Positions 1 to 12,041 of a DNA stretch of 64,000 nt are shown piece after piece. The first letter of the stretch is position 1. Every line of letters begins with the position of its first letter. Origin of the DNA: an uncultured Actinomycetes bacterium (lineage in GTDB: Bacteria; Actinomycetota; Thermoleophilia; RBG-16-64-13); NCBI GenBank assembly GCA_963706025.1, contig CAVPLM010000005.1:864001-928000 (forward strand), read 5' to 3'. The notes below the pieces were generated by a model, which was not told the origin of the DNA, did no database searches, and worked only from the letters and a program-made list of their open reading frames with translations. The translations under genes were made by a program, and so were the position numbers.

Positions 1-209
1 GTCACCTTCACCCCCCAGACCTCGACCCCTAGACCTTCAGCGTCGTGGGCTTCGCGCTTCTTGCTGCTCGGTATTGATACCAGTCCGCGCCGGTTTGGTG
101 CAAACGGATGGCCTCGCCGTGGACGAGGAGAACCTTCGCGCGACGTCTTGCCGCAAAGGATAGGTGTGAATGCGCGTGGTATTAGGGTGGGAGATCATTG
201 TCGGAATCG

Positions 210-494
210 TCATAAGGCCCTACTTCCTGGGGGTGGCGGCCCGGTAGCCGGGAAAGATGCGTTGGCGGCGAGCCCCTCGGTCGTCGCTCCCACGACCGGC
301 TTAGCCGCGCTCACCGATTCCGGTGCCACTCGGGGCGCGGTGTCCTCAAGAAGTGTGAGCAGTCTGGTCCTCAGGTTCTCCCTATGGTCGGCCCAGGTAT
401 GGGGTCCATAGCGATGAATCACAAACATGATGAAGAACCACAGGGCCGCCAACGCTACGACAGCTTTCAAAAGCCGCCCAACAGTGCGCCTCAT
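210..494 (-). CDS. small membrane-anchored hypothetical protein
   Basis: ATG at 494 with GGAGG-like RBS upstream; N-terminal hydrophobic helix (AVVALAALWFFIMFVI). Confidence 0.5.
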   Translation of the reverse strand: MRRTVGRLLKAVVALAALWFFIMFVIHRYGPHTWADHRENLRTRLLTLLEDTAPRVAPESVSAAKPVVGATTEGLAANASFPATGPPPPGSRAL

Positions 495-933
495 GACTCC
501 CTCCTCCCGTCTTCTTGCTTTGGCCCCGTGTGTATACCCACTTGAGAACGTGTGGTAACGGGTCGTCGGGGGTTGTGGGGGGCTCCGGTAGCTGCGGCGC
601 GGGGCTCTCCTCGGGCTCGTCTTCAGGCACGGGCTCCAGTCCCAACGCCGGGGAGATGTCCTCGTACAGCGCCTGCATCGCAGCCGGGTCGTGCAGAGCC
701 TCGACCGCATCCGCGCCGGGGATGAGGGTCATGGTGATGCTTTCCCGGCGGTTTTGGCGCCACCGCCCCGAGAAGACTCGCCGTCGCGATGAGACGCCGG
801 GGGCCCATAGTGCCCTCGGAACCGGTTACACAGCTGGCCGTACCAAGGGTGAGTAGAGTGTCACGGCAAGGGCATCCGACCCTCCGCAGCACCAAACTGC
901 CGGCGGCAAGGGCGCCCGGCCCTCCGGACTCGA

Positions 934-2811
934 TCAGCCCGGCGGTCGTTTCCACTCCCGCAATTCCCGCACCTTCTGCACGAGGAGGAAGAAGGCCGGA
1001 ACCGCGAGCAGCACCACGATCACCCACAACCAATAGTTGATGACGAGAAGTATCGCCGTGAAGACGGCCAGCACGGCCGCGATACCGGTGACGGTCCTCG
1101 TGTACTCCCCGCGGAGGATGGATTCGATCACCACCAGTGCTATCAACATTATGATCAGACCCACCCACAGGTAGCCGCGGGCCACGACCAGCAGTGCCAC
1201 GATGCCGAAGAGAATGAAGCTGAGGCTGACCGCGCCCCAAGTCTCGGCAGCCCGGTTGAAGCGCATGGCGGACGGAGCCACCGGTTCGGCCAGTTCGCGG
1301 ATGTGCGCCCGAGGATCGTCTCTACGGCCGGCTTTGAGCCGGGCCAGTCTCAGTTGCAGCGCACTGAGCACGGCCTCGTTCTCCGACCTCTCCTTGCGGA
1401 GGCCGCTCAGCTCTTCGCGGAGGTCGGCACTTCGTTCTGCCAGTAGCCTGTGCGGCTTCCGCAGATGAGGATTACCCTGCATCCCAGCCAACTGCGCTCC
1501 GATGGCGTGCAACTCGACCACTCTCTCGTCGGTCATCTGATCGATCTCCGCCCGCCGCTCTTCCAGGCGGGCGCAATTCTGCTCGAGTAGGCCGATGGCG
1601 GCCATCGGTGGCGGCTCCTTGTCGAGCCCGGCGAACGCCAGCGGATCGTACCAGGCGCCGCGGGGAGAACCGTCGCGGTTATACATCGGCCCGGCAGGAG
1701 CGTTCTCGCCGGAGATCGGATCACGGGCGAACAGCCCCCACAGACCGCGATACTGGCTCACCCAGGGAGTCGATTCGTCGATCACCACCGGCGTCCACCC
1801 GTCCTCCTGGCCGGGGCCGATACTCTTGCCGTCTCCACGCGCGTAGTCCACGAACGGGATACGCAGCGGATCCCGGCCCTTTGTCGCCTGCCCGAGGGTG
1901 CTGGTCCAGAACCGGTTGAGCGAATGGGCCAAAGAGTGCATCCATTCAGGCAGAGGTAGAGCCACCGCCGCCTGGTACTCCCCTTGCCGGAAGTAGGAGG
2001 CGTGAGATCCGGCCCCGGCCCACACCACCGGATGACCGTCCACCACATCGAGCTGCCCCCGGTCGTCCCAGCGCCTGCGCAGATCCTCGCCGTGGAAGTC
2101 GTGCGAGGCATAGGCGGCCCACTCGGGCCACAGGCGGCCATCCTCCTCAAAGAGGTAGAGGAGAACGTTCTCCCAGTCGGATTCGTGATCGTTCACCCCA
2201 TGGAACCCGGAGCGCCAGCTGTTGTAGCAGTAGAAGAACCAGTACTGGAGCACGGTCCAGCCCCCCTGCCGGACCACCCTGCCGTAGTAGACGTACCGCT
2301 CGTCCTCTTTGAGCATCCGGTGGTATTCCAGCTCCGCCGAGGCTGCGGTGACGGAGGACACCTTGCCCCGTAGCAACAGGGAGAAGGAGAAGAGAGCGTC
2401 GGCCAACCGAGCCAGGAGACCTCCCCGGGTCAGCCGCCCCATTCCCGGATGAAAGACGTTCCCCGTCTCCCGGCGCAGGCGGGCGACCTCCCCCAGGACC
2501 CGAGCACTGTCGGCCACGCCCAAGGCGTCGCTGAAACGTAGGAACTCCACCGTGCCGAAGGGATACTCGCGGGGTTCAACAAGTCTCTCGACGTCGAGCT
2601 CTCCCTCTCGTACCAGGTTCTCCTCCCGCCCGTCCGGATAGTGCGCCCAAAGACCGGCCTGAGCCACATAGCGGTCCACATCGGTAGGAAAGAACTGCTC
2701 GCCGGCCGTGAAACGCACAACCGGCTCGAAGGCGCGCAACAATTCCAGGTCGGGGGCGTCGGCCGGCGCCGAGCGTCGATCGTCCTGGATAGGCCGGCCG
2801 GGGGTGCTCAT
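934..2811 (-). CDS. Vps62/NPP1-like domain protein with coiled coil and C-terminal TM helices
   Basis: 625 aa ORF; motifs FEPVVRF..E.FFP, LQYWFFY.YN, HESDWE, GSHASY; hydrophobic C-terminus. Confidence 0.6.
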   Translation of the reverse strand: MSTPGRPIQDDRRSAPADAPDLELLRAFEPVVRFTAGEQFFPTDVDRYVAQAGLWAHYPDGREENLVREGELDVERLVEPREYPFGTVEFLRFSDALGVADSARVLGEVARLRRETGNVFHPGMGRLTRGGLLARLADALFSFSLLLRGKVSSVTAASAELEYHRMLKEDERYVYYGRVVRQGGWTVLQYWFFYCYNSWRSGFHGVNDHESDWENVLLYLFEEDGRLWPEWAAYASHDFHGEDLRRRWDDRGQLDVVDGHPVVWAGAGSHASYFRQGEYQAAVALPLPEWMHSLAHSLNRFWTSTLGQATKGRDPLRIPFVDYARGDGKSIGPGQEDGWTPVVIDESTPWVSQYRGLWGLFARDPISGENAPAGPMYNRDGSPRGAWYDPLAFAGLDKEPPPMAAIGLLEQNCARLEERRAEIDQMTDERVVELHAIGAQLAGMQGNPHLRKPHRLLAERSADLREELSGLRKERSENEAVLSALQLRLARLKAGRRDDPRAHIRELAEPVAPSAMRFNRAAETWGAVSLSFILFGIVALLVVARGYLWVGLIIMLIALVVIESILRGEYTRTVTGIAAVLAVFTAILLVINYWLWVIVVLLAVPAFFLLVQKVRELREWKRPPG

Positions 2812-2812
2812 G

Positions 2813-3274
2813 TTAGCTCCTACCTATATCGAAGGCCCGGTGCATCGAGGCCAGGTTCAGAACGAACATCAGGACCACCCCGGCCAACATGTTCGGGTAT
2901 CGGGGTTCGTGCAAGAAGTAACGGAACAGTCCCACGGCGAGCGACAAGGCGACGATGGTCATCATCGTCACCCACGCCCATCTTCGCCTGCGCAAGAAGC
3001 CGACCAGGAGAACGAGGCACGCCAGGCCGAAGGCCACGTCGAAGTCGGAGGCGAACAGCCGTCGACCGGCCTCCGTCAGGCCGACATTTGAGAAGAACGG
3101 CGGGAGAAGGACGTCGCCAAAGATACCGAGATCGAAGAGCGTCTTGATCCCATAGTAGAGATGGACGGCGGCGGTAGCAAAGATGATGAACGCCACGATC
3201 GCCATGGCGGCCGTTGGGCGCTTCTCCTTGACCTCGGGGCTTCCCGACGCTTCGGCGCTCCCGGTCTTCTCCAA
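2813..3274 (-). CDS. 4-TM membrane protein (DUF2127-like)
   Basis: 153 aa, four hydrophobic segments, GFLRRRRWAW motif; abuts the downstream gene. Confidence 0.6.
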   Translation of the reverse strand: MEKTGSAEASGSPEVKEKRPTAAMAIVAFIIFATAAVHLYYGIKTLFDLGIFGDVLLPPFFSNVGLTEAGRRLFASDFDVAFGLACLVLLVGFLRRRRWAWVTMMTIVALSLAVGLFRYFLHEPRYPNMLAGVVLMFVLNLASMHRAFDIGRS

Positions 3275-3538
3275 TTGCCCCCCGATCCACGGACGACCTT
3301 AGGTTGGTCGGCGTCGCTCATCACTGGTTCCCATCTATTGATACCAGTTATGCGTGGTCAGAGGCAACCCGGCCAGGACTCACCTCCCGTGGGAGTTCCT
3401 CTTCCCGCGACGACCCTGCCACGAAGGAACGCCATACCGCGCGTGGTATTTGGGTGAGAAGAAGCCCAAAGAAGGACCGGAGCCGGGCGGTGATCCTCCG
3501 ACCCCGGTTTCCGCCACGGGAGGAATCGAGGGGAACTC

Positions 3539-4720
3539 ATGAACCGAGAAGAAGAGCCTTCACTTGCTGTTCCGCCGGCCCACTCGACCTCGGGTGACCA
3601 GCCGCGTGCACAGGGGGAGCCTTCGCGGGCTATCGACGATGGCGGCCTGGCAGAAGGGGTGAAGGCTGGAGACCGAGATCTATTCCACAGCCCGACGGGG
3701 CTGCTTCTTGCGCTCGCCTGTGTGACCATAGTCCTCTACGGGATGCGCTATTCCCGATCGATCCTGGCCCCCATCTTTCTGGCTATGTTCGTCGTGATGG
3801 GACTGAGCCCGATACTGCAGTGGCTCAGGAAGAAGGGTATGCCGCCGTGGGCTGCCATCGTGGTCGTGCTGATTGGGTTCCTGGTCGTTGCCCTGCTCCT
3901 CGTAGGCATCATCGCGGCTTCATTGGGGCAGCTCAATACCGTGCTCCCGGTCTATCAAGAGAACCTGAGCAGGATGGTCACCGATGTACAGGTGTGGTTG
4001 GCAGACCGCGACATAGACATCAGTGGCCTCACCAGCAACGTCCTCCGACCCGACCGCATCGTCGGGTGGATCACTTCCACCATAAGGATGCTGATCTCTC
4101 TCCTCACCAACGGCTTTCTGATAATCCTTATCGTGGCCTTCATGATCGCAGAGGTCTATTCGTTTCCCCGAAAGGCTCACGCCCGATTGGGTTTCAGCCC
4201 CAGACTAAGTGAGACCTTCGCCAACTTCGGCGGCGTGACCCGCAAGTTCCTGTTCACATTGACGTGGCTGAACATGCTGACCGCCGTGATCGTGGTCGCC
4301 GTGTATTACGCCTTCGGGGTCGATTTCGCCCTCCTCTGGGGTCTGGTCTTCTTCCTCCTCAGCTTCATCCCCAACATCGGGTTCGTGCTGTCCGTCATCC
4401 CTCCGTTCTTCGTGACCCTGCTCGAGTTCGGCTTCACCCGGGCCGCCATCGTGGTGGCCATCGTCATCTTCTTCAACGGCCTCGTGAACAACGCCGTGAC
4501 TCCGCGCTTCTTGGGCCAGAAGACGGGCCTCAGCACGCTGGCCGTCTTCCTTTCCCTGGTGATATGGGCGTGGATCCTCGGACCCATAGGGGCCCTCATG
4601 TCCGTGCCTCTCATGCTCATGGTGAAGCTACTGTTCTTCGACTCCTATGAGAGCACCCGCCCGATATCGGCCCTCATCAGCCCGCTGCCGCGGACGATGA
4701 CGAAGGATACCGGCGGCTAG
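3539..4720 (+). CDS. AI-2E family transporter
   Basis: ILAPIFLA, LSFIPNIG, WAWILGPIGALMSVPL motifs; multi-TM. Confidence 0.9.
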   Translation: MNREEEPSLAVPPAHSTSGDQPRAQGEPSRAIDDGGLAEGVKAGDRDLFHSPTGLLLALACVTIVLYGMRYSRSILAPIFLAMFVVMGLSPILQWLRKKGMPPWAAIVVVLIGFLVVALLLVGIIAASLGQLNTVLPVYQENLSRMVTDVQVWLADRDIDISGLTSNVLRPDRIVGWITSTIRMLISLLTNGFLIILIVAFMIAEVYSFPRKAHARLGFSPRLSETFANFGGVTRKFLFTLTWLNMLTAVIVVAVYYAFGVDFALLWGLVFFLLSFIPNIGFVLSVIPPFFVTLLEFGFTRAAIVVAIVIFFNGLVNNAVTPRFLGQKTGLSTLAVFLSLVIWAWILGPIGALMSVPLMLMVKLLFFDSYESTRPISALISPLPRTMTKDTGG

Positions 4721-5734
4721 TCCGACTGGTGAGACGGGCCTACAGGTCGGGACGCGAACAGGTCGAGGCCGAGCTTCCGGGAGAGGAACTTGGCAGCCAG
4801 CTGCCCCTTGACGCTGTTTCCCGCGGCGTCGAGCCGCGGGGCGAACGTCCCCAGGCCGCCCTTACCCGGCGAGATGGTCACGATTCCGCCGCCGATCCCG
4901 CTCTTCGCCGGTAGGCCGACATCGTAGAGCCAGTCACCCGAGGTCTCGTACAGCCCGGCCGTCGTCATCACCGCCAGCACGTAGTGGCAGAGAGCGGGGT
5001 CGATCAACCGCTCCCAGGTGACGGGGTTGACGCCGCCATCTGCCAGCGTCGCCCCCATCACCGCTAGGTCGCGGGCGGTGACGGCCAGACAGCTCTGCCT
5101 GGTATAGAGATCGACCGCCACTTCCGGGTCGCAGAACAGCCGCCCACGCTCGTCGAGAAGACGGGCGATGTCGCGGTTCCGATGATTGGTGGCGGAGGCG
5201 GACGAATAGACTTCCTCGTCAAGATCCAGCGTACGACCGGCGAACCGGGAGAGTGCACCATGGATGGCCAGCCACTTGTCCTCGGCCGTATCGCCGGGAA
5301 CCAGGCTGGTGGTCGCGATCGCACCGGCGTTCACCATCGGGTTCGTCCTCCCGTCTTCGCTCTCCCTCACCGCGTCCAGCGAGTTGAACGGCAGCCCCGT
5401 GGCGTTCACGCCCACCCGGCGGCGTACCTCTTCGGGCCCAATGGCCTGACACACGAGAGCGAAGACGAACGGCTTCGCAACGCTCATGATCGCGAACGGC
5501 CGGTCATCGTCGCCGACGCCAGAGACCCCACCGGTCGTCCCGACGACGCAGATGCCGAACAGATCGGCCGGCACGCTGCGCCAGTGCCGGATAGACCTGC
5601 GAGTTCGTTCCTTCGCCGATCGTGCGAAAGCGCTCGTACGCCACTTCGACCAGTTCCTGCACCCGCCGGGCGGGCGGCAGGTGGCCGGTGGATACGAAGC
5701 CTACTTCGTCCCCGGAGAAGTCGTCGGCCGGCAT
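4717..5734 (-). CDS. glsA: glutaminase A (frameshift near 5578)
   Basis: SVAK catalytic motif, NPMVNAGAI, PAKSGIGGG; N-terminus (VSTGHLP...SQVYPALA) lies in another frame. Confidence 0.9.
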
Positions 5735-5769
5735 CACGAATCGCTCTCGCTCTTTGGGATCGGCTCTTC

Positions 5770-7495
5770 TCAGGCCGGCGCCCCCGGTCCCATGGGGATG
5801 CCGAGCAGGTACCAGATCACGAAGAAGATGATCCACACTATCGTGAGGATGATGAAGTACGGCAGCATGAGGGCGATCACCGTGCCGATGCCTGAGCGCT
5901 TGTCGTAGCGGGCGGCGAACACCACGATCAGCGGGAAATAGGCCATGATGGGCGTGAAGATGTTCATGGGCGAATCGGCGACCCGGTAGGCGGCCAGCAC
6001 CGACTGCGGCTCGATGCCCAGACGTAGGAACAGGGGGATGAAGATGGGGGCTAGCAGCGCCCACTTGGCGATGGCCTGCGGCATGATGATGCCCACCACC
6101 AGGGTGATGAGCATAGCCAGAACGAGCAGCCCAATGTCGCCGATGTTCAAGCCCTCCAACGTGTCCCCAAGGCTGACGGCCGCCACCTGCGGGATGTTGG
6201 AGTAGTTGAAGTAGGCTATGAACTGGGCGATGAGCAAGAACAGGAAGAGAAGACCGGCCAGACCCGCCCAGCCCTTGATAATCATCTTGATGCCCTCGGT
6301 GGCGTTCTTGATAGTCCCGGTGACCTTCCCATAGACGGCTCCGGCGACCAGGAACACGATCGTGATGATCACGATCAGGCTGTCCATGAAGGGAGACGTG
6401 CCGATGATGCTGCCCGTCTCCGGATCGCGCAGGGGCGCCCCGGGGATGGCGGTCAGCAGGGCGAAAACCACGATCACCCCCAGGATGCCCAGCGGCCGCC
6501 CAGCGCAGCCCCCTTGCCTCCGCTTCCGGAGAGACCGTGTGTGCCGCCTCGGCCGCAGCCTCAGCCGGACCGTTGGTCGGAGCCACGGACGGGTCGTAGG
6601 TTCCCAAGCGCCGCTCGATGATGCGCGTGGAGATGAGCCCCATGACAATGGTGAGCATGATCGTCGAACCGATCCCAAACCATAGGTTGGCGGTGATGTC
6701 TATCGATCGCGCCGGGTCGACCAACGCTATCGATTCGTTGGCGATCTCGGTCAGAACGGCATCGGTCGGTGTAATGAGGAAGTTCACGCCGAAGCCCGCG
6801 GCCACGCCGGCGAAGGCCGCCGCCATGCCGGCCAGCGGGTGGCGTCCCACGCTCATGAACGCCGCCGCCCCCAGCGGGATGAGCACCAGGTAGCCCGCGT
6901 CCGAGGCGATGCTCGAGACGATGCCGACGAACACGATGATGTAGGTGAGCGAGGCAGGCGAGGATACGGCCACCAGCTTGCGGATGAGCGCGCCGATGAG
7001 TCCTGAGGACTCGGCCAATCCCACCCCGATCATGACGATGAGGATGATGCCCATGGCCGCGAAGCTCATGAAGTTGCTGATGAACGAGGTGAAGAGGAAG
7101 CGGACTCCGTCGCCGTCCAGGAGACTGTTGATCTCCACAGTCCTCGTTTCTACCTCGTAGTCCTCAGCGTCCACCCGCTCGGGTGGTAGGACATCGACGG
7201 GCTCGGTCGACCCACCTACATCGTATTCCTGCACCGTGACCGGGGGAGGAGTCACCACCTCGTAGGTAGCGCTGATGCCTATCCAGGCAAGGATCTGGGA
7301 GAGGATGATCAGGCCCACGATGAGGGCTATGAACAAGATAGCCGGGTGAGGCACCTTGTTGCCCACCCGCTCGATGAAGTTGAGCACGCGCTGCATGACG
7401 GTGGGGCCTTTGGCCTTGTCCTTGGAGCTGTCGCGCTTCTCGGCCGGCGCGTCTTCGAGCGGCTCGCTGTCGGGCTGTCTGTCCTCGGCGCTCAC
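5770..7495 (-). CDS. abgT: AbgT family transporter (frameshift near 6490)
   Basis: [32 protein letters not shown] motifs split over two ORFs. Confidence 0.9.
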
Positions 7496-8847
7496 GATGC
7501 GGCTCCGGCTCTGGAGACCTCGGCTATGCGGCCCAGCAGGTCGGCCTCAGCCAGCACCGCCTTTTCGAACTCGTCCAGCAACACCCGTTCATTCGGCCCG
7601 TGGATGTTGGCGTAGCCGTCGGTGGTGCCAACCAGCAGGATGTCGGCGTCCGGGACGGCGCGGCTGAGAGCGTTCACCAGAGGGATGGAACCGCCGCTGC
7701 CGGCGAACACCGAATCCGTACCCCAGGCCGCCGCCCAGGCCTCCTGGGCGGCCTGATAGACCGGACTGGACGTCCGGGCGGCAAAGCCGTTCCCGGTCGG
7801 GCCGGCCTGGACATCAAGCTGTACGCCGAAGGGCATGGCCTCGCGCAGATGCTTCATCAGTGCCGCCTGCGCCTCCTCAGCCTCCTGCTCGGGGTGCACG
7901 CGCAGGTTCATCGACGCCCGGGCATGGGGGGAGACTGAGTTCACAGCCTTGTCGACGGAAGCGACATCGATACCGGTGACGGTGATGGCCGGTCCCGACC
8001 ACACCCGGGAGCCCAAGGTCCCGGTGCCGATGAGGGGCAGACCCTCCAAAACGTCGGCCAAGGCGCGAAACTCCTCTTCGCTGCTGCCGCCGCCGGTCCA
8101 TTCCTCGCGACGCAGGCCCTTGACCGTCACGTCGCCGTTGTCGTCGTGGAGTGACGCCAGCGCCCGGATCAGCGCGAGGAGCGCATCCGGCGCAGCGCCG
8201 CCGTACTGTCCACTGTGCTTAGCCGACTCGAGCGTCCGTACCTCGATGGTGACGTTGGCCATGCCTCGCAAGGCCACGGTGAGCGTGGGCACCCCCGGCC
8301 GCACGCTCCCCATATCGCCGATGAGCATGACGTCGGAGGCGAAGGGCTCCGGATGCTGGAGGACATACGGCACCAGACCGCCCCCTCCGACCTCCTCCTG
8401 ACCCTCGATCACGACCTTGATGCCCACGGGCGGCCGGCCGTCCCAGACCCGCAGGGCGCCGGCCAGGGCCACGATGTTGGACTTAGTGTCCGCCGCGCCC
8501 CGCCCGTATACGGCCCCATCGCGCTCAGTGGGTTCAAACGGGGGCGTGTGCCACTCCGACTCGTCGCCCGCCGGGACGACGTCGTAATGGCTGTAGAGGA
8601 GCACGGTGGGCGCTCCAGGCGGAGCGGGCATCTCGGCCACGACTATGGGCGCCGTGTCCGGCACTTCCAGCGACTCGACCCGCGTGCAGCCGGCGTCGCG
8701 GAACAGTCCCGCCACCATGTCGCGCGCCTGGAGGATGACGGGCCAGGTCCTTTCCGGATACCCGGCTTCAGAGACCGAAGGTATGGCCACCAGCGCGGCC
8801 AGTTCGGCCTTGAGTTGCGGCATCAGACTTCTTACGCGCGCTCTCAT
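7492..8847 (-). CDS. M20 family dipeptidase
   Basis: [31 protein letters not shown]. Confidence 0.9.
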   Translation of the reverse strand: MRARVRSLMPQLKAELAALVAIPSVSEAGYPERTWPVILQARDMVAGLFRDAGCTRVESLEVPDTAPIVVAEMPAPPGAPTVLLYSHYDVVPAGDESEWHTPPFEPTERDGAVYGRGAADTKSNIVALAGALRVWDGRPPVGIKVVIEGQEEVGGGGLVPYVLQHPEPFASDVMLIGDMGSVRPGVPTLTVALRGMANVTIEVRTLESAKHSGQYGGAAPDALLALIRALASLHDDNGDVTVKGLRREEWTGGGSSEEEFRALADVLEGLPLIGTGTLGSRVWSGPAITVTGIDVASVDKAVNSVSPHARASMNLRVHPEQEAEEAQAALMKHLREAMPFGVQLDVQAGPTGNGFAARTSSPVYQAAQEAWAAAWGTDSVFAGSGGSIPLVNALSRAVPDADILLVGTTDGYANIHGPNERVLLDEFEKAVLAEADLLGRIAEVSRAGAAS

Positions 8848-8881
8848 GCTCCCTCCTTCTAGGCTCACTCGGTCTAGACTG

Positions 8882-10444
8882 TCAGAATCCCCAGAAGACG
8901 GGGACGAGAAACACCCCCACCAGCCCGTAGAGCGCCAGCAGGGGAAGCCCCAGCTTCCAATAGTCGCCGAAGCGGTATCCGGCTGCTTCCATGGCCATGA
9001 GGTTGGCCGGGGTAGCCACAGGGGTGAGTAGCGCGGCTGCGGCGAACACCGCCACCGCCATAAGGATGGGCTTGGCAGACACTCCCATGTCCGCAGCGGC
9101 CGCCAAGCCGATCGGGATGACGATGAGGGCCGTCGCCATGTTGCTGATAAGCTGGCTAAGGACCGCCGTGATGACGAACAGACCGGCGAGCAGGGCATAG
9201 GGTCCGGCATCGCCCACGACCGCGACCAGGCCGTCGGCCAACTGCTCAGCAGCTCCGCTCTTGACCATGGCGGCCGAGAGCGACATCATCCCGGCCACGA
9301 GGATGACCGTCGTCCAGGCGATACCGCGGTAGGCCTGCTCAATGCTGATCACCCGAAGCACGATCATGGCGAGGGCGGCCAGCAGGCCCGCCACTGCGGC
9401 CGGTACGACCCCCGTCGCGAGCAACACGATCATCATCACCAGGACGGCGATGGCCCGTCTTGCCCCCGCTCCCAGAGGAACGGCCTGGCGACGCACGCGC
9501 TCGGGCGGATCCACTACCAGCACGTTCGGATCCTTGACTATCTCCTCCAGGGCATCCCATGTGCCCTGGAGGAGCAAGGCGTCGCCGACGGCCAGCTCGG
9601 TTTTGTCTCGGATCTCCCGGCCCTTCCGATGCACGGCCTTGACCACGAGCCGTCCGCTCTCGGTGAGCATCCCCGGATAGGCCAGGTCACCGATGAACAC
9701 GGACCGAGGCGGGATGACCACTTCGGCGGCTCCAAGCTCCTTGGTCATCACCACCCGCTCCTTAGCGTCCAACCCGTAATGCTCCGTGAGGATGTCGGCG
9801 TGGCCACCGAAGTCGCGGAGCACCTTGTCGGTCTTGCGCCGGGGTACCAGCCGGTGTCCAAACAGCAACACCACGCCGATGGTGCCGATGAGCAGGGGGA
9901 TCCCCACGAGGGCGAAGGAGAACAGGCCTATCCGACCCACACCGGCCGTTTCGGCGTAATCGTAGACGAGCAGGTTGACCGGTGATCCGGTGAGCATGAG
10001 AAGCGAGCCGGCGTGAGCGGCGAACGCAAGGGGCATAAGCAGCTCGGAGGGAGAACGCCTGGCCCGGACGGCCATCACGACCGCCACGGGTATGAGGGCC
10101 GCGACCGCTCCGTTGACGTTGATCAGCGCGGTCAGCGCTGCCACCATGAGCATGACCACCACCATCAGCCGCACCCGGCTCTCCCCGATGCGGGCCATGG
10201 CCTGCTCGCCGACCCAAGCGGTCACCCCCGCGGCGTCGAGACCCTCGCTCACCACGAAAAGGGCGGCGATGAAGAGCACCGTGGGGTCTCCGAAGCCGGC
10301 CAGGGCCTCACCCAGGTCCAGGACTCCGGTGGCCCAGAGGACCAGAGCCACCCCGGTCGCCACGACCGCCACCGGCAGGCGGTCGAGCATGAAGACCACC
10401 ACGGTCAACCCCAGGACTATGAGTGTGATGGTCGCGGCGCTCAA
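8882..10444 (-). CDS. SLC13/DASS permease with TrkA-C domain
   Basis: [32 protein letters not shown]; soluble middle domain. Confidence 0.88.
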   Translation of the reverse strand: MSAATITLIVLGLTVVVFMLDRLPVAVVATGVALVLWATGVLDLGEALAGFGDPTVLFIAALFVVSEGLDAAGVTAWVGEQAMARIGESRVRLMVVVMLMVAALTALINVNGAVAALIPVAVVMAVRARRSPSELLMPLAFAAHAGSLLMLTGSPVNLLVYDYAETAGVGRIGLFSFALVGIPLLIGTIGVVLLFGHRLVPRRKTDKVLRDFGGHADILTEHYGLDAKERVVMTKELGAAEVVIPPRSVFIGDLAYPGMLTESGRLVVKAVHRKGREIRDKTELAVGDALLLQGTWDALEEIVKDPNVLVVDPPERVRRQAVPLGAGARRAIAVLVMMIVLLATGVVPAAVAGLLAALAMIVLRVISIEQAYRGIAWTTVILVAGMMSLSAAMVKSGAAEQLADGLVAVVGDAGPYALLAGLFVITAVLSQLISNMATALIVIPIGLAAAADMGVSAKPILMAVAVFAAAALLTPVATPANLMAMEAAGYRFGDYWKLGLPLLALYGLVGVFLVPVFWGF

Positions 10445-10521
10445 CAGACCCGCTTCACCCCACCGGCAAGGCCGTGTTCAAGGCTTCTCCTTGGCCACCC
10501 GCCGAGTTTTGGCTCGTAGTA

Positions 10522-11884
10522 TCACAAATGCTCCGGCGGCGCAACAGACAGGCCGTGGCACCTCTTGAACTTCTTGCCGCTGCCGCACGGACAAGGATCG
10601 TTGCGCCCGGCGGCGGCGTAGCGCTGAGCCTCCTCCTCGGCGGCTCGCCGCTCTTCCTCGGCAAGGATGGCCATCACCCCGTCGGCCGGCCGGCCGCGCC
10701 GTAGCCGGTCGGCCATGATCCGCATCGGGTGGTCGGCGTGCTCGAAGAAGGCCTGGAGGCCTTCACAGAGCCAGTTGAGTCCCGGCTCGCCGTCCGGTGT
10801 GGTCAGCACCCGGTTCTTGGGGCACTCCCCGTGGCAGGTGAAGAGCCAGCGGCACTCGCGGCAGTAGCCGGGGAGCGTGTTCGTCTTGGCCGCGCCGAAC
10901 GCCCGCTGCTTGTCCGAGGCGACCAACTCCCCCAGGGGTGTTTCCAGGATGTTGCCCAGGAGATAGCCCGGCTCCACGTAGTGGTCGCAGGAATAGACGT
11001 CGCCGGTGTGCTCGAGGGCCAGCCCTTCACCACAGGTAGGACTGAGCACGCAGAGGCTGGAGTAGCCCCGCACGTAGGCGGCCAGCACCCCGTCGAAGAA
11101 CAGCACGAACATCTTGCCCACGTCGTGCCGGACCCATTCGTCGAAGATCTGGGTCAGGAAGCGCCCATACTGCCGCCCGTCCACCGACCGGTCGGTCACC
11201 GCCGTCCCTTCCTGGTCGCCGCTCTCGTTGTCGCGCTCGACGATGGGAATGAACTGGATGTATCGGGCCTCCAGCTCGTCGCGGAAGAAGCGGTAGACCT
11301 CGAGCGGATGTTGGCTGTTGACGGCGTTCACAGTGCAGAGGATGTTGAATTCCACCTGGTGTTCCTGCATCAGCCGCGACGGCCCCGACCACCTTGTCGA
11401 AAACCGAGCCGCCCCGCCTGTCGCGCCGGTAGGCATCGTGCAACTCCCGCGGACCGTCCAGGCTCAGGCCGACGAGGAAACCCTGCTCGCGCAGGAACTC
11501 GCACCACTCGTCATCAAGGAGGACGCCGTTGGTCTGGAGCGTGTTCTCCACTCGCACCCCGGGGGGCGCGTACTTCTTCTCCAGCTCGACCGCCTTGCGG
11601 AAGAAGTCGAGCCCCATGAGCGTCGGCTCGCCCCCCTGCCAGGCCATGGTCACCTCGGGCACCTGGTGCGCCTCGATGGTCTGGCGGATATACGCCTCGA
11701 GCACCTCGTCGGACATCCGGAAGGTGCTCCCCGGATAGAGCCGCTCCTTCTTCAGGAAGAAGCAGTAGGCGCAGTCGAGGTTGCAGCGCGCACCGGTGGG
11801 CTTCGCCATGACGTGGAAGGCATCCACCGTGCCGGTGCCGGCACTCATCGGTCTCAGAGGTTCATCAGGCTTTGGAGTCGGCAT
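10522..11884 (-). CDS. anaerobic sulfatase maturase (radical SAM/SPASM) with C-terminal SEC-C motif; frameshift near 11375
   Basis: CNLDCAYC, WQGGEPTL, YSCDHY, CRECRW..CHGECPKNR, GRNDPCPCGSGKKFKRCH. Confidence 0.93.
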
Positions 11885-11989
11885 GTCACGGTGATGCTTC
11901 CCCCAGGTAGCCCCTCCCTAACCTTTTCCGCTCGACAGCTGCAAAGGCTTGATTTGATCCAGCGGCCGTATAGAAGGGGGCGTACCAAG

Positions 11990-12018
11990 CCGACGGCCGC
12001 CCCGCGGGGCGGCCGTCG
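11990..12018. terminator. GC-rich hairpin downstream of the META gene
   Basis: cgacggccgc-ccc...ggg-gcggccgtcg inverted repeat. Confidence 0.5.
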
Positions 12019-12041
12019 GAAAGGGTGTAGTCGCAGCGAGG

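Noticed and set aside
1-930. Additional CDSs at 1-213 and 500-930
   Set aside because: No consistent reading frame or recognisable motif; may be frameshifted or truncated at the window edge
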